A stretch of 63,258 nt of DNA, filler included, from Perkinsus chesapeaki ATCC PRA-425 (Eukaryota; Protista; Perkinsozoa), in NCBI GenBank assembly GCA_013115145.1. It is 4 parts of 4 records of this genome, joined end to end, with 100 filler letters (N's around TTAATTAATTAA, not from the genome) between each part and the next. Parts side by side here need not be neighbours in the genome. Positions count along the whole stretch, not along the records: positions 3,888 to 32,258 come from JAAPAO010000474.1; 3 more parts are not named here. The stretch is one strand, 5' to 3'. The notes beneath the pieces are model-generated. The model did not search any database. It saw nothing but the letters and a program-made list of their open reading frames with translations, and was not told the origin of the DNA. Shown here piece after piece: positions 11,772 to 25,800 of the stretch (the stretch's first letter is position 1; each line of letters begins with the position of its first letter). Position numbers and translations under genes: made by a program.

Positions 11772-12693
11772 ACTCGGACATGACCCTCCTGTAAATGACC
11801 CGTTGTATAGGCTTCAAGAGCCATACTTGGAGTTCGCTGGTATTCCGGCAGCTTGGAAGCGTCTGGCTTCAGCCGCAGGAAAGAGAGAGAGGGTTACGGT
11901 AGCCCTTATCGATACTGGAGTCCAACCTGACCATCTCGACCTAGTTCAGAACCTTATCGAGGGTTATGATGTCATAAAGCATACTACTGCTACACCTGAC
12001 CGGCAAGGGCATGGTACAATGATGGCTGGTGTGCTAGGTGCTACTATTAATAACACTATCGGTATTGCCGGGGTCATGGACCTTGTTAACATCATGCCCA
12101 TCTCTCTGGAAGGCATTCTGAGGGATGAACTCGAGGCTGATAGCGTAGATTATACCATTCGCAATAAGGATACAAAAGGAATCAAAATAATTTTGATGGC
12201 TATTTCTGATACTGCGATGAGACCAAAGCTAACTGGGATGATCAAGGAAGCTGTAGCGGCGGGGCTACTCGTGATAGTCACTGCTGGAAATCAAGGCGAA
12301 GGTATCACCGAAAATAAGAGGTATCCATGCGCTCTTACTGAGCATCTGCCTGGAATTTTGTGTGTAACTGCGACGGAAAACACTCAGATGAGGCTTACCC
12401 ATTTCTCCAACTATGGAGATTACGTTGACATTGCTGCACCCGGCTCAGATATTGAGAGTACCTGCATTAGCAATCTGTACAATAATGTGCATGGAACCTC
12501 ACCGGCAGCTGCCATCGTCGCTGGTGTGGCAGCAATGCTTTATAGTATTAATCCAACTCTAACTCCTGTTGCTGTCAAAGGCATTCTCAAGGATACCTCC
12601 AAGAAGGGTATTAAGCTCCAAGATTCGGAGTTTACCCTTCCATTTGGTTTGGTCGATGCTGACGCAGCTGTGGCAAAGGTGTTATCGAGATAG
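11698..12693 (+). CDS. Subtilisin (S8) serine protease copy 3; annotated ORF start is probably not the real start
   Basis: PVNDP, VALIDTG, HGT, AGN and GTSP are intact. The first about 70 nt of the ORF derive from the B' inverted repeat; the sequence homologous to the copy-2 5' region sits at 11265-11330. Confidence 0.88.
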   Translation: MSNNSLFSDTIPKRKGGVELANSSTLGHDPPVNDPLYRLQEPYLEFAGIPAAWKRLASAAGKRERVTVALIDTGVQPDHLDLVQNLIEGYDVIKHTTATPDRQGHGTMMAGVLGATINNTIGIAGVMDLVNIMPISLEGILRDELEADSVDYTIRNKDTKGIKIILMAISDTAMRPKLTGMIKEAVAAGLLVIVTAGNQGEGITENKRYPCALTEHLPGILCVTATENTQMRLTHFSNYGDYVDIAAPGSDIESTCISNLYNNVHGTSPAAAIVAGVAAMLYSINPTLTPVAVKGILKDTSKKGIKLQDSEFTLPFGLVDADAAVAKVLSR

Positions 12694-12869
12694 CTCTGTC
12701 ATCTCGGAGAAATGACTGTTTCAGATAGTTCTCGGTCAATTTCTCCGACCAGGAGTTTATCTTCTGTAAAGCTGTTATAGAAGCTCATATGTTGTTATAG
12801 CAGCAATTATATGTTGTTGCGTATTGTCGTGATTGAGTTGCGTCTGAGTGCTTGTATGGGTTCAAGCTA

Positions 12870-14345
12870 ACCGCCTAAAAGTCTAGGCTCCTGGCCACCA
12901 AGCCTGGTCTTGAGCAGCCCCGTATGTCGACACGCCAAGTATAACGCTAGTCGAAACCTCCGATCCCCAGGTTTGGCGTGGGGGTAACGTGCAGCAACAT
13001 GTGCAGTAAGCACGGCACAGCCAATAACCCAGGGCATACGAAAAAGCCCTTGCGGGCAAACCAAATCACAGAAGGCCCCGACGAGCATCAAGATGCTGCA
13101 TCAGGGCCGCGAAGAGACGATTGAAGGCCTTGCGGCGCTTCAAATCGACGACCATTTTATAAAAGTGATAGGGGACACCACCCTTAACGCGCTTCCTGGC
13201 ATGCTCTAAGAGCGGGCAGGAACGCAGGAGGTGCCTTAGGTTCCCTATCGGGGCTCCGCAATCACACTCCGGAGAGTCGATTACCCCACATCTGTGGAGA
13301 TGAGCTGGGGTTGGAGCCCTACCGAACACTACAGCACTACCTGCTGGGGTAACTTCTCCACGACTCCACAGCCTCGCATGCGAGGCACAGTAGAAGAAGT
13401 CGTTGCAGGCAGTGCCAAGACCAGCCCGTTTCTCTGACCACCACTTGCGCAGTGACAGAAGCCCGGCTTCGGCTTGATACCGCCGAAGGGTCCTCACACA
13501 GATTTCCGTCTCCGAGGAGACTTCCGTCATGGAGGCACCCTTGGCTGCCAGTTCATCAGCTCGGTCGTTGGCAGGCATGCCGCTGTGACCAGGTACCCAA
13601 TGAAAGGTGACCTTGTCCGGGAGTCCAGCCAAGAGCAGAGTAATCTGCCTGGCTTTATCCCGCCGAGCTACCGTAGATCACGACGACAAGATCTTGAGTA
13701 CCGCCTGAGAGTCCGTGAAGACTTCCCAGCTTTCCTCTTGATCTGCCGCCGAGACGACCCAGCGGACTGCTTCGAGAACTCCAAGGAGTTCACAGTCCGT
13801 AATAGTAGCGTAAGGGGAGAGCTTCCAGCAACTAGCGTGGAGCTCTACTCCCTTACGATAAACCACCATGCCAGCACCGGCCTTGCGGTCTTTGACCACC
13901 GAGCCATCAGTAAAGATGGCATTTCCGGTTAGGAGAGCCGCCTGCGCAATATATCCTTTTGCAAGGGCTTGGTATATCTGCCCGCGAGGGCTTAGTATAT
14001 CTGCCCGCGAGGGCCAGTTCTGTATATTTGTATTCTGCATGCCGCTGTTGAGAAAAAAAACAACAGCAGCAGCAGATAAGAAGGTCCAAGTTCTCGAGCC
14101 GTCAAGACTCGCCGAGTGTTTCGAGGCCCGACGAAGAAGGAGCAGATGATGATGATTAAGGCCAGTAGCCGTGAAGGAAGACGTGATTGCTGTATCATGT
14201 ATTTGCTCGTTATTAAGGACCGTTTCAATTGCCAAGAACCCAGGGCGTGCGCACCACAAATCAGTGTGAGGATGTCGCTGAATGCTCATCCCTGCAGAGT
14301 GCAACGGTTGATTGTGGTGGAAGACCAATTATTGGCCCGCCAGTG
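12870..14345 (-). mobile_element. 5'-truncated non-LTR retrotransposon (LINE) with RNase H and C-terminal CCHC knuckle
   Basis: IFTDGS, ELLGVLEA, FTDSQAVL, HWVPGHSGMPANDRADELA and CDCG..NLRHLLRSC. The two ORFs are in the same frame, separated by one TGA at 13678-13680. A 23-bp tandem duplication at about 13966-14011 shifts the upstream frame. Confidence 0.9.
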
Positions 14346-17300
14346 AACCATTGCCACTGTCATCCGCACACCTCCTTCGGATCTCGGTTAGGCTGAAATG
14401 ACGTAAGCTATACGCTTTGTCACATAAGAATTAGAAGGTAGATTGCACTATTGTTATATTGATTATTATATTCATAAGTCATACTGACAGGGAGCCTTCA
14501 AACTGGCTGTACAGTTTATCAATTCTTCGCGGAGGACGACCAATAGGGTTACAGTTCTTAGACGTCAATTTCCGGGCGAACATGCTTGGTTACATCCTCG
14601 AGATTTAGTTCTCTTATTAGCACGCGGAGATCAATTTATCCTCCCTCAGATTATTCTGAATAAGCCATGAGCTTTCGAATAGCTTATTTGAAACTCTAAC
14701 ACCGAAAAATATTCAGTTTGCTCTGCGTTTCATTCGACAATGATACTTCACTCTTCTATTCATTATTTGAATGGCAATGAAAAAGTTTTACTTCGAAACT
14801 TGATGACTGGTCATCGGTTGTTCGAGAATGTATGAACTGAAACTCAATTTCACGCTGAGCCAATTACTCGGACCTCCATCACTTTTCACGTTAAGGTGTG
14901 CCGGGTTCATGAAGGGGCTCCAGTTCACCCGCTGGGATCCAGTGTTGATACACCATTTGTACTGAGATGTCAGCATCCAAACCAGATCCGAGAGATTTCG
15001 TAATCGCTGGCAAGAAAGATGAGAAAATTATGCGCAAGCCAGGACAGATCCGAGGATACGATTTCAGTACGGCCCGTCCTTGATCGTCCCGCCGTCATCT
15101 GTGTGCAGGTGTGGAAAGCTGCGAGCGGTGTCAGATCTATTTGGTAGACAATGTGTCGCAGATATTTATTGACGATTGCAAAGACTGTAAGGAAGTTTCA
15201 TAAGATAACAATTTGCAGGAGTATCTTTTTGTAGAGAAAATTCACTCTCGAGCCCTCGGTTTGAGCGATCGTAGAGTAATGTATCTTTTCCCGACCAACA
15301 TAAGAGCGCTATAGTTACTTCATCGCGCCTCACAATCTGTTATCTGATTTTTTTCAACTGCTCAGAAGAGCATTAATGTGTCCCAAGGTCTATTAGGACC
15401 TAACAAAGCGATTTTTTAACTCATAATTCGATTCAGGCACGATATTTGTAGGGCCAGTAGGAGGTTCAGTATTTCTCCGAGACTGTGAGAGGGTTCGATT
15501 AATGACGATTTGCCAACAACTGAGAACTCGCGATTGTAAGTTGCTCATGAAATTCATGATGGTGAACGGCTCTCGTGGATGCAAGGAGTAACCTCAATGC
15601 GTTTAACTCTGCTGAATAGAACCTGCGGTACGCATTATTTAATCACACGGTACATCGAGCAGCGCGCATACAGTATATCCTCCGTCACCTAGGAGCTCGC
15701 AAACTCAGTATACGACTCAGCGGCCACTTGCGTGCGTACGGTAGCTTGATAAAGCTATATAAGCTATTACCAAGCTATTAAAGCTTGGTATTAGCTTTTT
15801 CAAATTTCAATAGCTTCAAGGTAGCTGTACACAACAAGCGACGATCTTATTGCTCGAGAAGCTCGGGTTTGTCATTAGTTTCTCTGATTTTTAATCGTGA
15901 TCTCGACTCGAGATACTTCTGAAGAGAAAGATAGTCTAGTGGTGTGCTTTTGCCACTGTTGGATCTTGGTTACGGAAGATTAACCATAACTTTTTCAAGA
16001 TATTTTCGAGGTAAATTTTTCCGCAGGTACCAACTGTGATATTTTACTGCAAATTCCTGGCCATCCCATTGTAGAGAGCTCGATGGACATGCTCTTTGGC
16101 CCTCTCACCCTGCCGAGGGTAGGGTCCATATTCTCACGCGCCGTGAAAATAACTCATAGGCAATAGAGGACTTGCTCGCCAAGCTGATGAGCGAAGCTGG
16201 TTTGACCGTAACTGACAATGAGTGGAAAAATGTGTTCGACTTCAGCAAGGGACAAGTTAATCATGATTTGTGGTGCGTGAAACTGAGCAACATCAGGAAC
16301 CATTCCCCAGCGATCGTCACTGGCGAGAAATGAGCGAGCAGGAAGTTCAGGAACGTTTCCATGCGAGCTGGGTGACAGATGTCGGAGGATGCCTGGGCAT
16401 AGGTACCAATTTCGTACCGTGCTTTCCTTTTATCGGGCTTGTCTCTCAGACAACGCGAGTCCAGGGGAAGAGAGTGAAATCGAGTAAGTTGAATATGCTC
16501 TACTCTGGTCGTTCTGAAATGGAACTATCTCGGTGGAACTTCTTTTCTATTTTACGTTTTGAAATTTCCAATGTTTCTCGGGCATCGAGGAGTGTTAATA
16601 GATCGATCACCTATTCGATATATTGGAACAAAAGGAGTACTTGTTGACAGAAAAAAACAAATTACAGGATAGTTGAACTTGTCTCCGGTATACGGCTCCT
16701 CGATGATTAAAGAGAGTGATAGCTGGAAATGCTTTGCTGTTCAACCTTACACTGGCCGAGGCTCCAATGATACGTTTTCTTTTGTCCGGCTGAATGTTTA
16801 CGCATAATTATTATTCTCCTGTTAGAGTCGAGCTTGAAGAAGTTGAGACCAGCAGCGAGAGCTCAGTAGGATCATCGGTAGGTCATTTGCCTCAAGCGAT
16901 GCACATGCGTTCAAAATAGGTTGGAGTGGAGGAAGGGACCCTTGACGCGAAAGACCTCTGTGAGAAGATTCTTACCGGCTATGAAGTAGACAAGAATGAC
17001 GTACGCAAAATCTTCGCAGTGAGTTTTGCCTTCGAAATGAGTATCTCGGCGCGGCATGTAGATACCACTCACGCAGGGGGACAAAGACATTGAGGAGCTT
17101 CTCCTGTGTCTGAGGTTCGTGCGTCCCGGCTCGGCTAACGCACGCTCCTGGATGAATCGTTCGGATGGTGCAGCCTCTCTGATTAGGCCGCACTGAATGG
17201 TTTTATAGCACCTTTCGTTTCATTGTAAGTTCTTTTCCGATGGTTTGCTTTCAGGCGCGCGACAGAGCCACCGGAGCGGTCTCATGTACGGCTCTGGTAC

Positions 17301-20300
17301 GTTTGCCGTTCACCCTCTTTTCCAGGTCCAAGACACACTTTTGACTTTCTTCCTTCAAATGCCCGAGGATCTCATTGAGCACATTGAGTCGGCTATGCTT
17401 GATCCAACAAAATCCTGTGGGACATCGGGAATAATAATTTGAGTCTCGCGCATTCGGTTTACTCTCCACCAACCCACTTCATCTTGAACAATGAAGTCGC
17501 CGGCCGTAATTTGAAGAACCCTAGAAAAGGACACATGAATGATTACAGTATAGTGCATACTACATATGCTTTTTACACATCTCCTATGATTGAACGGGAC
17601 CAGCTTAGATCGGGTGTTGGAGCTACATGGCAGAAAGCGTCTGTTTCTATGGGACTTCGGAAAAAAGATGTTCCTCGCTCCTTCATTACCAAAGCTTGAT
17701 GAGCATAAATTAATGGACCTTCAACAAAAAGCCTCGCTTTCGATCATGAGCACGAGACGATATAATGTTCGCAATAAGTTTAATAGCCTCGATCGAATCA
17801 GTGAGCTATTCACCCGGTGACCAGCAGGTTTTTGTATATGATGCGTACTGTAACCGAATGAAAGCAGCACAGCGCTCATGTGTGACATTTCAGCTACCAT
17901 TTCAAGGTTAGAAGATCTAAAAATAATCGAACCATTCGTGGCCGGAGAGTGTTGCAGTGCCAGACTAATGCCATTATTGAGTCAGCCAGAATTGACCAAA
18001 CACGTGCTCATGTAAAACGCCCGGGTTCAAATCCCACTGACGGCGACTATGGTAGTCGCGCTATGGTTGCTAAAGACGGCGAGCTTGCCAAGACATCGCC
18101 GGCGAGCTACCGTGCTGGAGTCAAAGCGCTCGCTACGAAAACGAACAAGGAAGATGTCATGGAAGCTTTGGTGAGATCGAATTCTTGCAAGACTAGATTC
18201 TTCATGCCGCTCAGCATTATAGAACGGAGCGGCTACTGCGCGAGTTCGAGGAGACCTACAATGAGGTGAGCACTTAGATGAAATGCGAGAAGGGGATTTT
18301 AAACCAATAATGATTTTCCAGGGCAAATGCCGTGGAAGTGTATATGGGAAAGAGTGGAAGTTCCTTTAATTGCAATGCATCCTATAGAGATATTAAGTCC
18401 AAATCTTGTTATATCCAAGAGAATAGCGTTCCTCGAAGTCAGATGACCACTGGTCACTGGCCAGTACTACTTGTCGCCAGTTCAAGGATTGGGCTTTCGA
18501 TGATAGCTCTTGCGGTGCTTTCAGAGTGCCGACGTGAAGAGCATTGTGGGCAACCACAAGGTTTTGTTCCGACAAGTACTTCTTTGGGGGCAAGAGAACG
18601 AGCCGGAAGTAAGCATTTGGATTTGATAAGTGATTTAATTGATAATGATATGTCATTGTATTTGAAGCAGTATTTGATATGTGGCTCTATCTGGCAAGAA
18701 TAAGACCCCTGCATTCACGGTAAATACGTGTAGAAAAATGGAAGGTGGAAGGTTCACTTAGTCCCACGGAAAGATAATCCTCAAGGTTCAATAGTTGATC
18801 GTATTGCTGAGGTATAAGAGAACTCTTTATTGTCCCCTGGAACCAGATTGAGTTCCGACGGCTGCCCTACTGGACATGTTGGACGTTTCTCAAAAGCCAT
18901 CTAACTCTCCGACGGGAACCCCGTCCGATTCCTTTAATAATATTCAGAATTGGGAAATGTTCAAGAGGAGGCTCCGCCATTCAGATTGTCGAAGATATTT
19001 TTGAAGCTGTCGCATCAGCCACCGAGGATACCTTACAGTTGCTGAGTGCAGTACTTATGATTGATGGCATTGAGGAAACTCCTGCGTAAGGAAGAATAGG
19101 CTGATTTACTCTTGAAAGTTTTCTACAACAGTTCCGCACCTCACTGTTATCAATGCCATGAGATTTATGCTATGAATGGCTTGAAATTCTTATCATAGTC
19201 GCAGCTAGATAATAGCGCATGCTTTGTAGATCCTAACGTAAAATCCTTCATCGCCACTTGTTCGCGACACTCTGACTATAATTATTGTAGGCCGTCTTTC
19301 AGGCATCACTAACAGGTGAATGTGCCCAACTTAACTCATGGGGTTGTCAATTAAGCAGTTTTCAGTAGGTGTGAATTTGGAATCCGCAATGTGGATTTAT
19401 GATTCGCAGATCAGCTCTGCCATTTCAGTATAAACTTCCTTTTTTGGTACAAATTCCTCCCGCAATCGAGAATTCAATTAAATTAGGCGTGCGCGAGTTT
19501 AATTCCCGGCCATGTTCGTCTCCGGAACAACTCAAGTCAGGTACGAACTTCGAGGTATCAGTAAGCTAATCAGATTCACCTTGGAGACCTCCTTGCTGCT
19601 CCTCCCAGCAGTACTTGATGTCATCGCCCAAGGCGTTGAAAGGACTGCTGAGATGTAAGACTTCCGAAACTGTTAGTGATGACTTGAGAAGGAGTTACGA
19701 TGGAGACACAATCGCTAAAAAAGGACAAACTTCAATTAAAGATGCGTTTTTGAGCGTTTGAAGCTCCTCTTGAAATCCCGCGGACTCGAATGGAGTACTG
19801 CTAAATGTATCGGAACAGCCCGTATTCGGAATACGGTATTCTTATACCTCTGTATATCTTAGCTCAGCCCACCACAATCAGATGTGAAAAGATCCTACGT
19901 ACAGTAGCACCACCGCGTGCCTGTAGAGAAATCTTGGCGAAATAGCAAGTGTGTTTTTGCTCCGAGATCATACCCACAAAAGTAGCTTCTGCTTGGTATG
20001 TGACAATTATAGGTACGAGGTTGAGGATCGAGACGTCCAACCATCGGTTGTAGAGGTCGGCTGGTGTGCATGCGTGCAAATATCTTGTGCCGTTTAGGTA
20101 GACCTCAGCGAGCTCGTGACATTCGTCATGAAATCACGCGAGCCTTTTTGTGTGCGAAATGCTCTCATCGAGGTGAGATATTGGACTTCTATATACTTTC
20201 TAGCATCACCACTATCATACTGGGATAATGTACATCCCACGATATACGGAAACGAATTCGGAATACACCCTACTTGTAAATTCCAAGTCCGAAATTCGGA

Positions 20301-22879
20301 CTCCGAATACGGCTAGATTGTATGAGAGAGTTCCTCCCTTCATGCCATTCCTATTAAGCCTTTCTTCGGGCATTAGTTCTTTGTAAAAATTTTTCTGACT
20401 TAAGTCCCACCAAAGCATTCCCGTCCACTTCGAGTATGACAAGTAAAACCTTTTTTGTAGGTTGAAGAGTCGCAAGGACCCACACCATCAGGGAACCTGG
20501 TTGTCGCTCAAGTTAAACTGAAGGTGGCGCATCAGGATCGTGTTTTGGCTCGTTTGTTGACCTTTCTGCTTGCCATAATGATGACATTCCGTCGAATTTT
20601 CTCTTCGTGAAGTTGCCATGGAATTCTAATTGGTGTTAAGATACAGCCTGGGCACTTTGTGTTGCACGTTGAAGATGGCTATCTACCCTACAAAGACCTT
20701 GCGGCACAGCCAGTGATAATTACCATCACTCCAGTGAAGAATCCAGGGAAAAAGTAGGCTGCTAAGTTGGAAGACGAAATCGGTCATGTCATCGATTTGG
20801 GTGGGAAGTTCTGAAGCTTGGCACTAAGACCGAGATGGTTCAGCATCCCTACCGATTGCAAGACTTGGAGGAAAACAAATACGCCATTTCCTTCTAGTGT
20901 TGACATACGTTGGCAGGAAATCATCCAGCCTCATGAAAAGAATAAGGAACGAAACATTTCCTAGTGCAGAGCTACAATAGCAAACGCGTCCCTAGACCCA
21001 CAAGACCGCATTCTCCGTTGCAACTTTTAAGGCACAAACTTCCTGTTATTACAGCTACGTCATTAGAGCTCGATAAATCTGACGAGATTGAAGTTGATGT
21101 TGAGGACAGCCAGGATGACATGAAGTAGGCTAATCGGGCTTATATACCTCCCGATATCGAGATTATGCATATTACTAACCTCCTGCCAAACGGAATGTAT
21201 CAGTCGAGTGTCCCTAACTGTTCCTTGTGCGGATATATAGTGCACAATTTTGTTACGAAACAAAGTCATTGAAGCACAGATTGACACCACATTCCATCTG
21301 AATGCATTTGATGTTTTCCTATGTCTTCCTGCTGTAGGCTTATTTTATTCACCTCTAAACCCGAAAAAGTACGTAATCACGATTACCTTCAGCAAATCCC
21401 GATTTCTTACCCGCGCTTGACTTGTTTTGAGCAACGTTCGCGTGTAGCTGCTTGTGGGATACATCTTAATATGATGATCATATCACCTTTTACGGGTGGA
21501 TCCTCACTGAGGTTACGCCTTTCGCTGGGGTTACCTCAGCAAAAGGCATCTGCTCGAGTTCATGTCTCCTCCTTGACACACTGTTATTCACATAATACTC
21601 ATTGTGGAATCTCAGTATCATGCCTTGCCAAGGCAGCCTTGGACGCGCATGGTTTTACGGATTTTTCTCAAGGACGTATCCAATGCTATATATTGAATTT
21701 AGATACTTGGTATTTTATAATGGTCAACTAACTCATGACGATTACATTACGTGCAGGTGTGTTTTTTGGGGCGATGCGAATGCGGTAACAGGAGTATTCG
21801 TGTCATTCCCGCCGTCGCTTTCCTAAGTTTTTCTCGTCCTTTTTCAAGTCGAGCACTTGTTCCTATTAGAATTTAATATATCATTCACCACAGTGAGCGA
21901 GGACCGTATACGAACCCACCACCATTGCACGCATTTCCGACACTCCATAGGATAGAAAAACATAGCTGTTTGCTACACATGGTACCAGGATGATAGTGCA
22001 CCAGGTGCACTGCACCTGTTACCGAACTTTTCTCACTCAGGCTTCTCATAGGAGATAAAAGAATACCGGTAGACTGTGTTTGGCATGAACAAGTTCGACT
22101 TCCTCCCTTGGAACTAGACAGCAAAATCGCCTTTGAAGGAGTTGCGGTTTCCGAGATCCCCGGCAGAGCCTGGCAAGACGGTGACATATTCTGCTACAAG
22201 CATCTATGAGTCTGTTGCGATCAGTTACGCATTCAGGATCGGCTACGAGTTTCACAGTAAGCGTTCTGCTGCACTCAATACGAGCAGATCAAATTGGTAG
22301 GTGCTTCAATGGAATCTTCTGGCGCAAGGGCTCAGCTCTGGACCTCCCGGAAGCCCACAACTTGCGCACGGTAAGTCGCGGATACTTCTGGAAAACTTCT
22401 GCCGGGAAACCAATGAATGGCTGAATGGTGAATGGTTTTGCACCATTCAGCCCTTCTTGCACCATTCCCCCTAGCTCGTCAGCGACGAGACGTCACAGAC
22501 TGTGACCGACGGAGGAATCTTCGGCTGTCATCTTTGTTTTCTTGTGACCTAACTCGCACTGATCTAACTGCGGCATTGACGCTGGAGACTGCTTTACTTC
22601 TGTCTATCCCAGTTGGTCATCGAATGACCCAGAAAAGTACGAAGCTGTCGGTTAAGCGATTCATTTCAAGTCTGGGAGATACACTCAAAACTTCTTTTGT
22701 CTCGGGGCTGCTGGCGAGATATATGGTGGATTTGAAAACTTGAAAAAGCTCACAAGAGATTCCCATGTGGTCTTGCAATCTTTGTCATTTCGATGATGAT
22801 AAATATGTCGCTTCAATGTTCTATGTATATCAACGGCTATACCATATACTGAAGCAATACGATACATGTTCCGGGTTTG

Positions 22880-25800
22880 TCCTAGGTGGAACTGACGAAA
22901 TCAAAACACCCTTCCCGCATTCAAATTGTGTTCATCGCGGTAATGATTTCGGCTCATTCACGACGGAGCTCGAAAAGTGGCACAATCGACAGCGGCAGCT
23001 TGTTTCCGTAAGCTGCAGGAGGGAATGCACTGACTATGGTTGATTCTCAATCCACCTTGAAGCTCAGTGAATGGCCAAGTGTATCACGCTTGTCGATATG
23101 CGTGGGAATGAAATCCTGTCTATCTTTCCTGAAATCCAGTTATCAATGCTAACTTCGACAATGTGCTCAGTAACTAGTCACCCACGAAAAATATGACTAG
23201 CATTCTCCTCGTGAGAGCTCTATGAGCGTAACATCAAAGACTTACCAACTTTCGTTGCCCACACACAACGCTAAGACCTCGGCGCTCGCTCAATGTCGTG
23301 TAAAATCGCCATCGCTGCTTGATAGCGTTAGTTGAGCTGATTCCCAGCGGAGCCCGAGGGTTTCAAGTTGAAACATCCAACGATGAGTTTTGCGTGCTGG
23401 TAAAACTCGCAAAGGCCGCCTATATCGATAAAGTGCTACTCCCCGTCTTACATTGCCAACAGGTCATACTGAATGAATCGCCCTCGATAATATGTCTCCA
23501 AGAAGTAGACAGATTCCACGACTGGTTTCAGCCGGTCTTGGCAACGCATGGATACGAAGGAGTCTTCCAGCATAAAATCCGAGCACCTGGCCTCAAGCTA
23601 GGTTGGTTTAGGTAGGTTGTGCCCCGAAGCGAATCGGGGAGGAGCCTCGCCGGCACAGCTGTCAAGACAACCAGACGAAACCGGGAGACTTTCTCCCGCA
23701 CTGCTCGTGAAAAGTTGGTAGGGTTGTTTGTGATGCGTATTTCTGCCGTAGTAACGTATCTCCTAGCAGAGTGCACATCGTGTCATAATTCCCCTCCCCG
23801 AGGGAAGTTCCCATTAATTTCTGTTAGTTGCACTAGTTTTTTTATCCTTATGAGTACATACTCTCGGCATTTTCTCGAAGTGCCTAACTGCAGCTCGGCC
23901 AACAGCTGAAAAAGTTTCCTTTTTTCCTGTCAGTGATGGTACTTGTATTTTCTACAAAACCGAACATTGGAGCCTGGTAGAAGATCTTTCAACCATTGAC
24001 GACGTGCTGCGTGCGCCGCTAGCCCTGGTCGTGCTTGAGCATAGAAATACTCGATCAGTAAGTTCTATGCTGCCTTGATTCTCATTCACGGCGTTGCAGT
24101 AAGTTCTATGCTACCTTGATCATCAACCACGACGTTGATAATAAGTCACTAGTGATTCACTAGTAGTGAAGTCAAGAACTCTCGATGCAGGTATCGTTCA
24201 AGTTGGCTGTTGCATCAATTCACTTGAAAGCTGGAACCTCACAAGAATCTGATGAACGTCGACAGGAGCAACTGCAATGGTTGACCGGCAAGATAGACAG
24301 AGCCTCTGTTGCACACAATTCAGCGGTAAGTTTTCCGAGTAGGAGTGCGTGGAAATGTATGTAGTCGGCTACTTATGTCGGCAGAGGGACTTTCACCAGA
24401 AATCCTGTAGAAGTACCAATTCCTCAGCAAGAGTGAGCTCTCCCTACTCTACTTTATATTATAATAAATTATTTATCATTATTATTATATATTCTCATTC
24501 AGTCTCATACTCTTCTGTACTGTATTTGATGAGGGCGTTGAACTGTAGGGTTTCTTTCGCACAGTAGAGCTCGGCAGAGGAGGGGCTAGAGATACTCTAA
24601 CACTGAGTGGTATCGTAGCACTTCTATAAATATAGTGCTTAATAGCTCTACTGAAGCTAGTGTTGCGCTTTAGAATGACAGTCAAACAATTGCTATCCTT
24701 TGGTCATGACGGGTGGAAATCCTTACTGTTCGTCCGCGAACACGCTACTGTATACAATAGAGAGTTGAGTTCGTATCACGAAAAGCGAACAGCTAGATCG
24801 GAGAACTAGAGGATATCAACTGGATACTATTAGCCATTTAACGACTGATTCTCCCCATTATGGATTCCCATAACTCCAGCGATATAGGTGAAAATGGTTA
24901 TCCAGTTGGCGCTCTTCCGACAATAGGTGGCGCTGGTTTTCGTGATTAAAACAGAAAGCCACATTGGAGGAGTAGCAGCTTATAGGTACTTGTTTGCGGT
25001 GACTTCAATGCAGAACCGACAGAGACCAGCATCCAAAGCATTGTCGAGACTAACGATTGGAAGTCCGTGTAAGTCACTTAGCCATCGCCTCCCAACTTGC
25101 GGTTCCTAGACGCCATTGAGATCAAAAATTGAGCTTTTTTGCTCTGCTACATCTATAATAAAAGTGACATGTCTCAACCCCGATTGATATTCAGTCTCTT
25201 GCTCCATTCCTCTTTGCTTGCGAATTGTTGTTCACAGTTACTCATTCGGAACGTTTTCGGTCTTCCTCTAGGTATCCATTGGGAGATGGTGACCGTCGCC
25301 CTACTACAGTACACCAGCGGAAGGGCATGGCAATAATACGACGACATATTGATTATATGTGGTAGGCTTATACAATTTCCTTGCTAGTCTACTATTTCGA
25401 CTTTCGTAGCTGAAAAATTCACGCGCCAAGATATCAATAGATATGCATGAAACGGTTGATCGATTTAGTGTCATGTTTTCAATTCTCGTTGTAGTACTCA
25501 TGTTTGGAATCTCGCTCGATAATAGTCAATATTGAGTGAGAAATCGAAAAAATGCGAAATATTCTATTTCATTGCGTCGGGCTGTGATAGCGTAGCATCA
25601 CTTTCACTAGTACTAATTCACATAGTCACTAGTAGCATCACTTTCACTAGTACTAATTCACATATTCGCTAGTAGCATCACTTTCACTAGTACTAATTCA
25701 CATAGTCACTAGTAGCATCACTTTCACTAGTACTAATTCACATAANNNNNNNNNNNNNNNNNNNNNNNNNNNNNNNNNNNNNNNNNNNNNNNNNNNNNNN

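Noticed and set aside
13678-13680. In-frame TGA (LINE) and TAG (Gypsy, about 1059) as programmed readthrough or recoding
   Set aside because: Both elements carry other lesions; single C>T changes explain the stops.
17980-18050. tRNA-like GGGTTCAAATCCC T-loop
   Set aside because: The T stem is mismatched and no D arm, anticodon arm or acceptor stem could be built.
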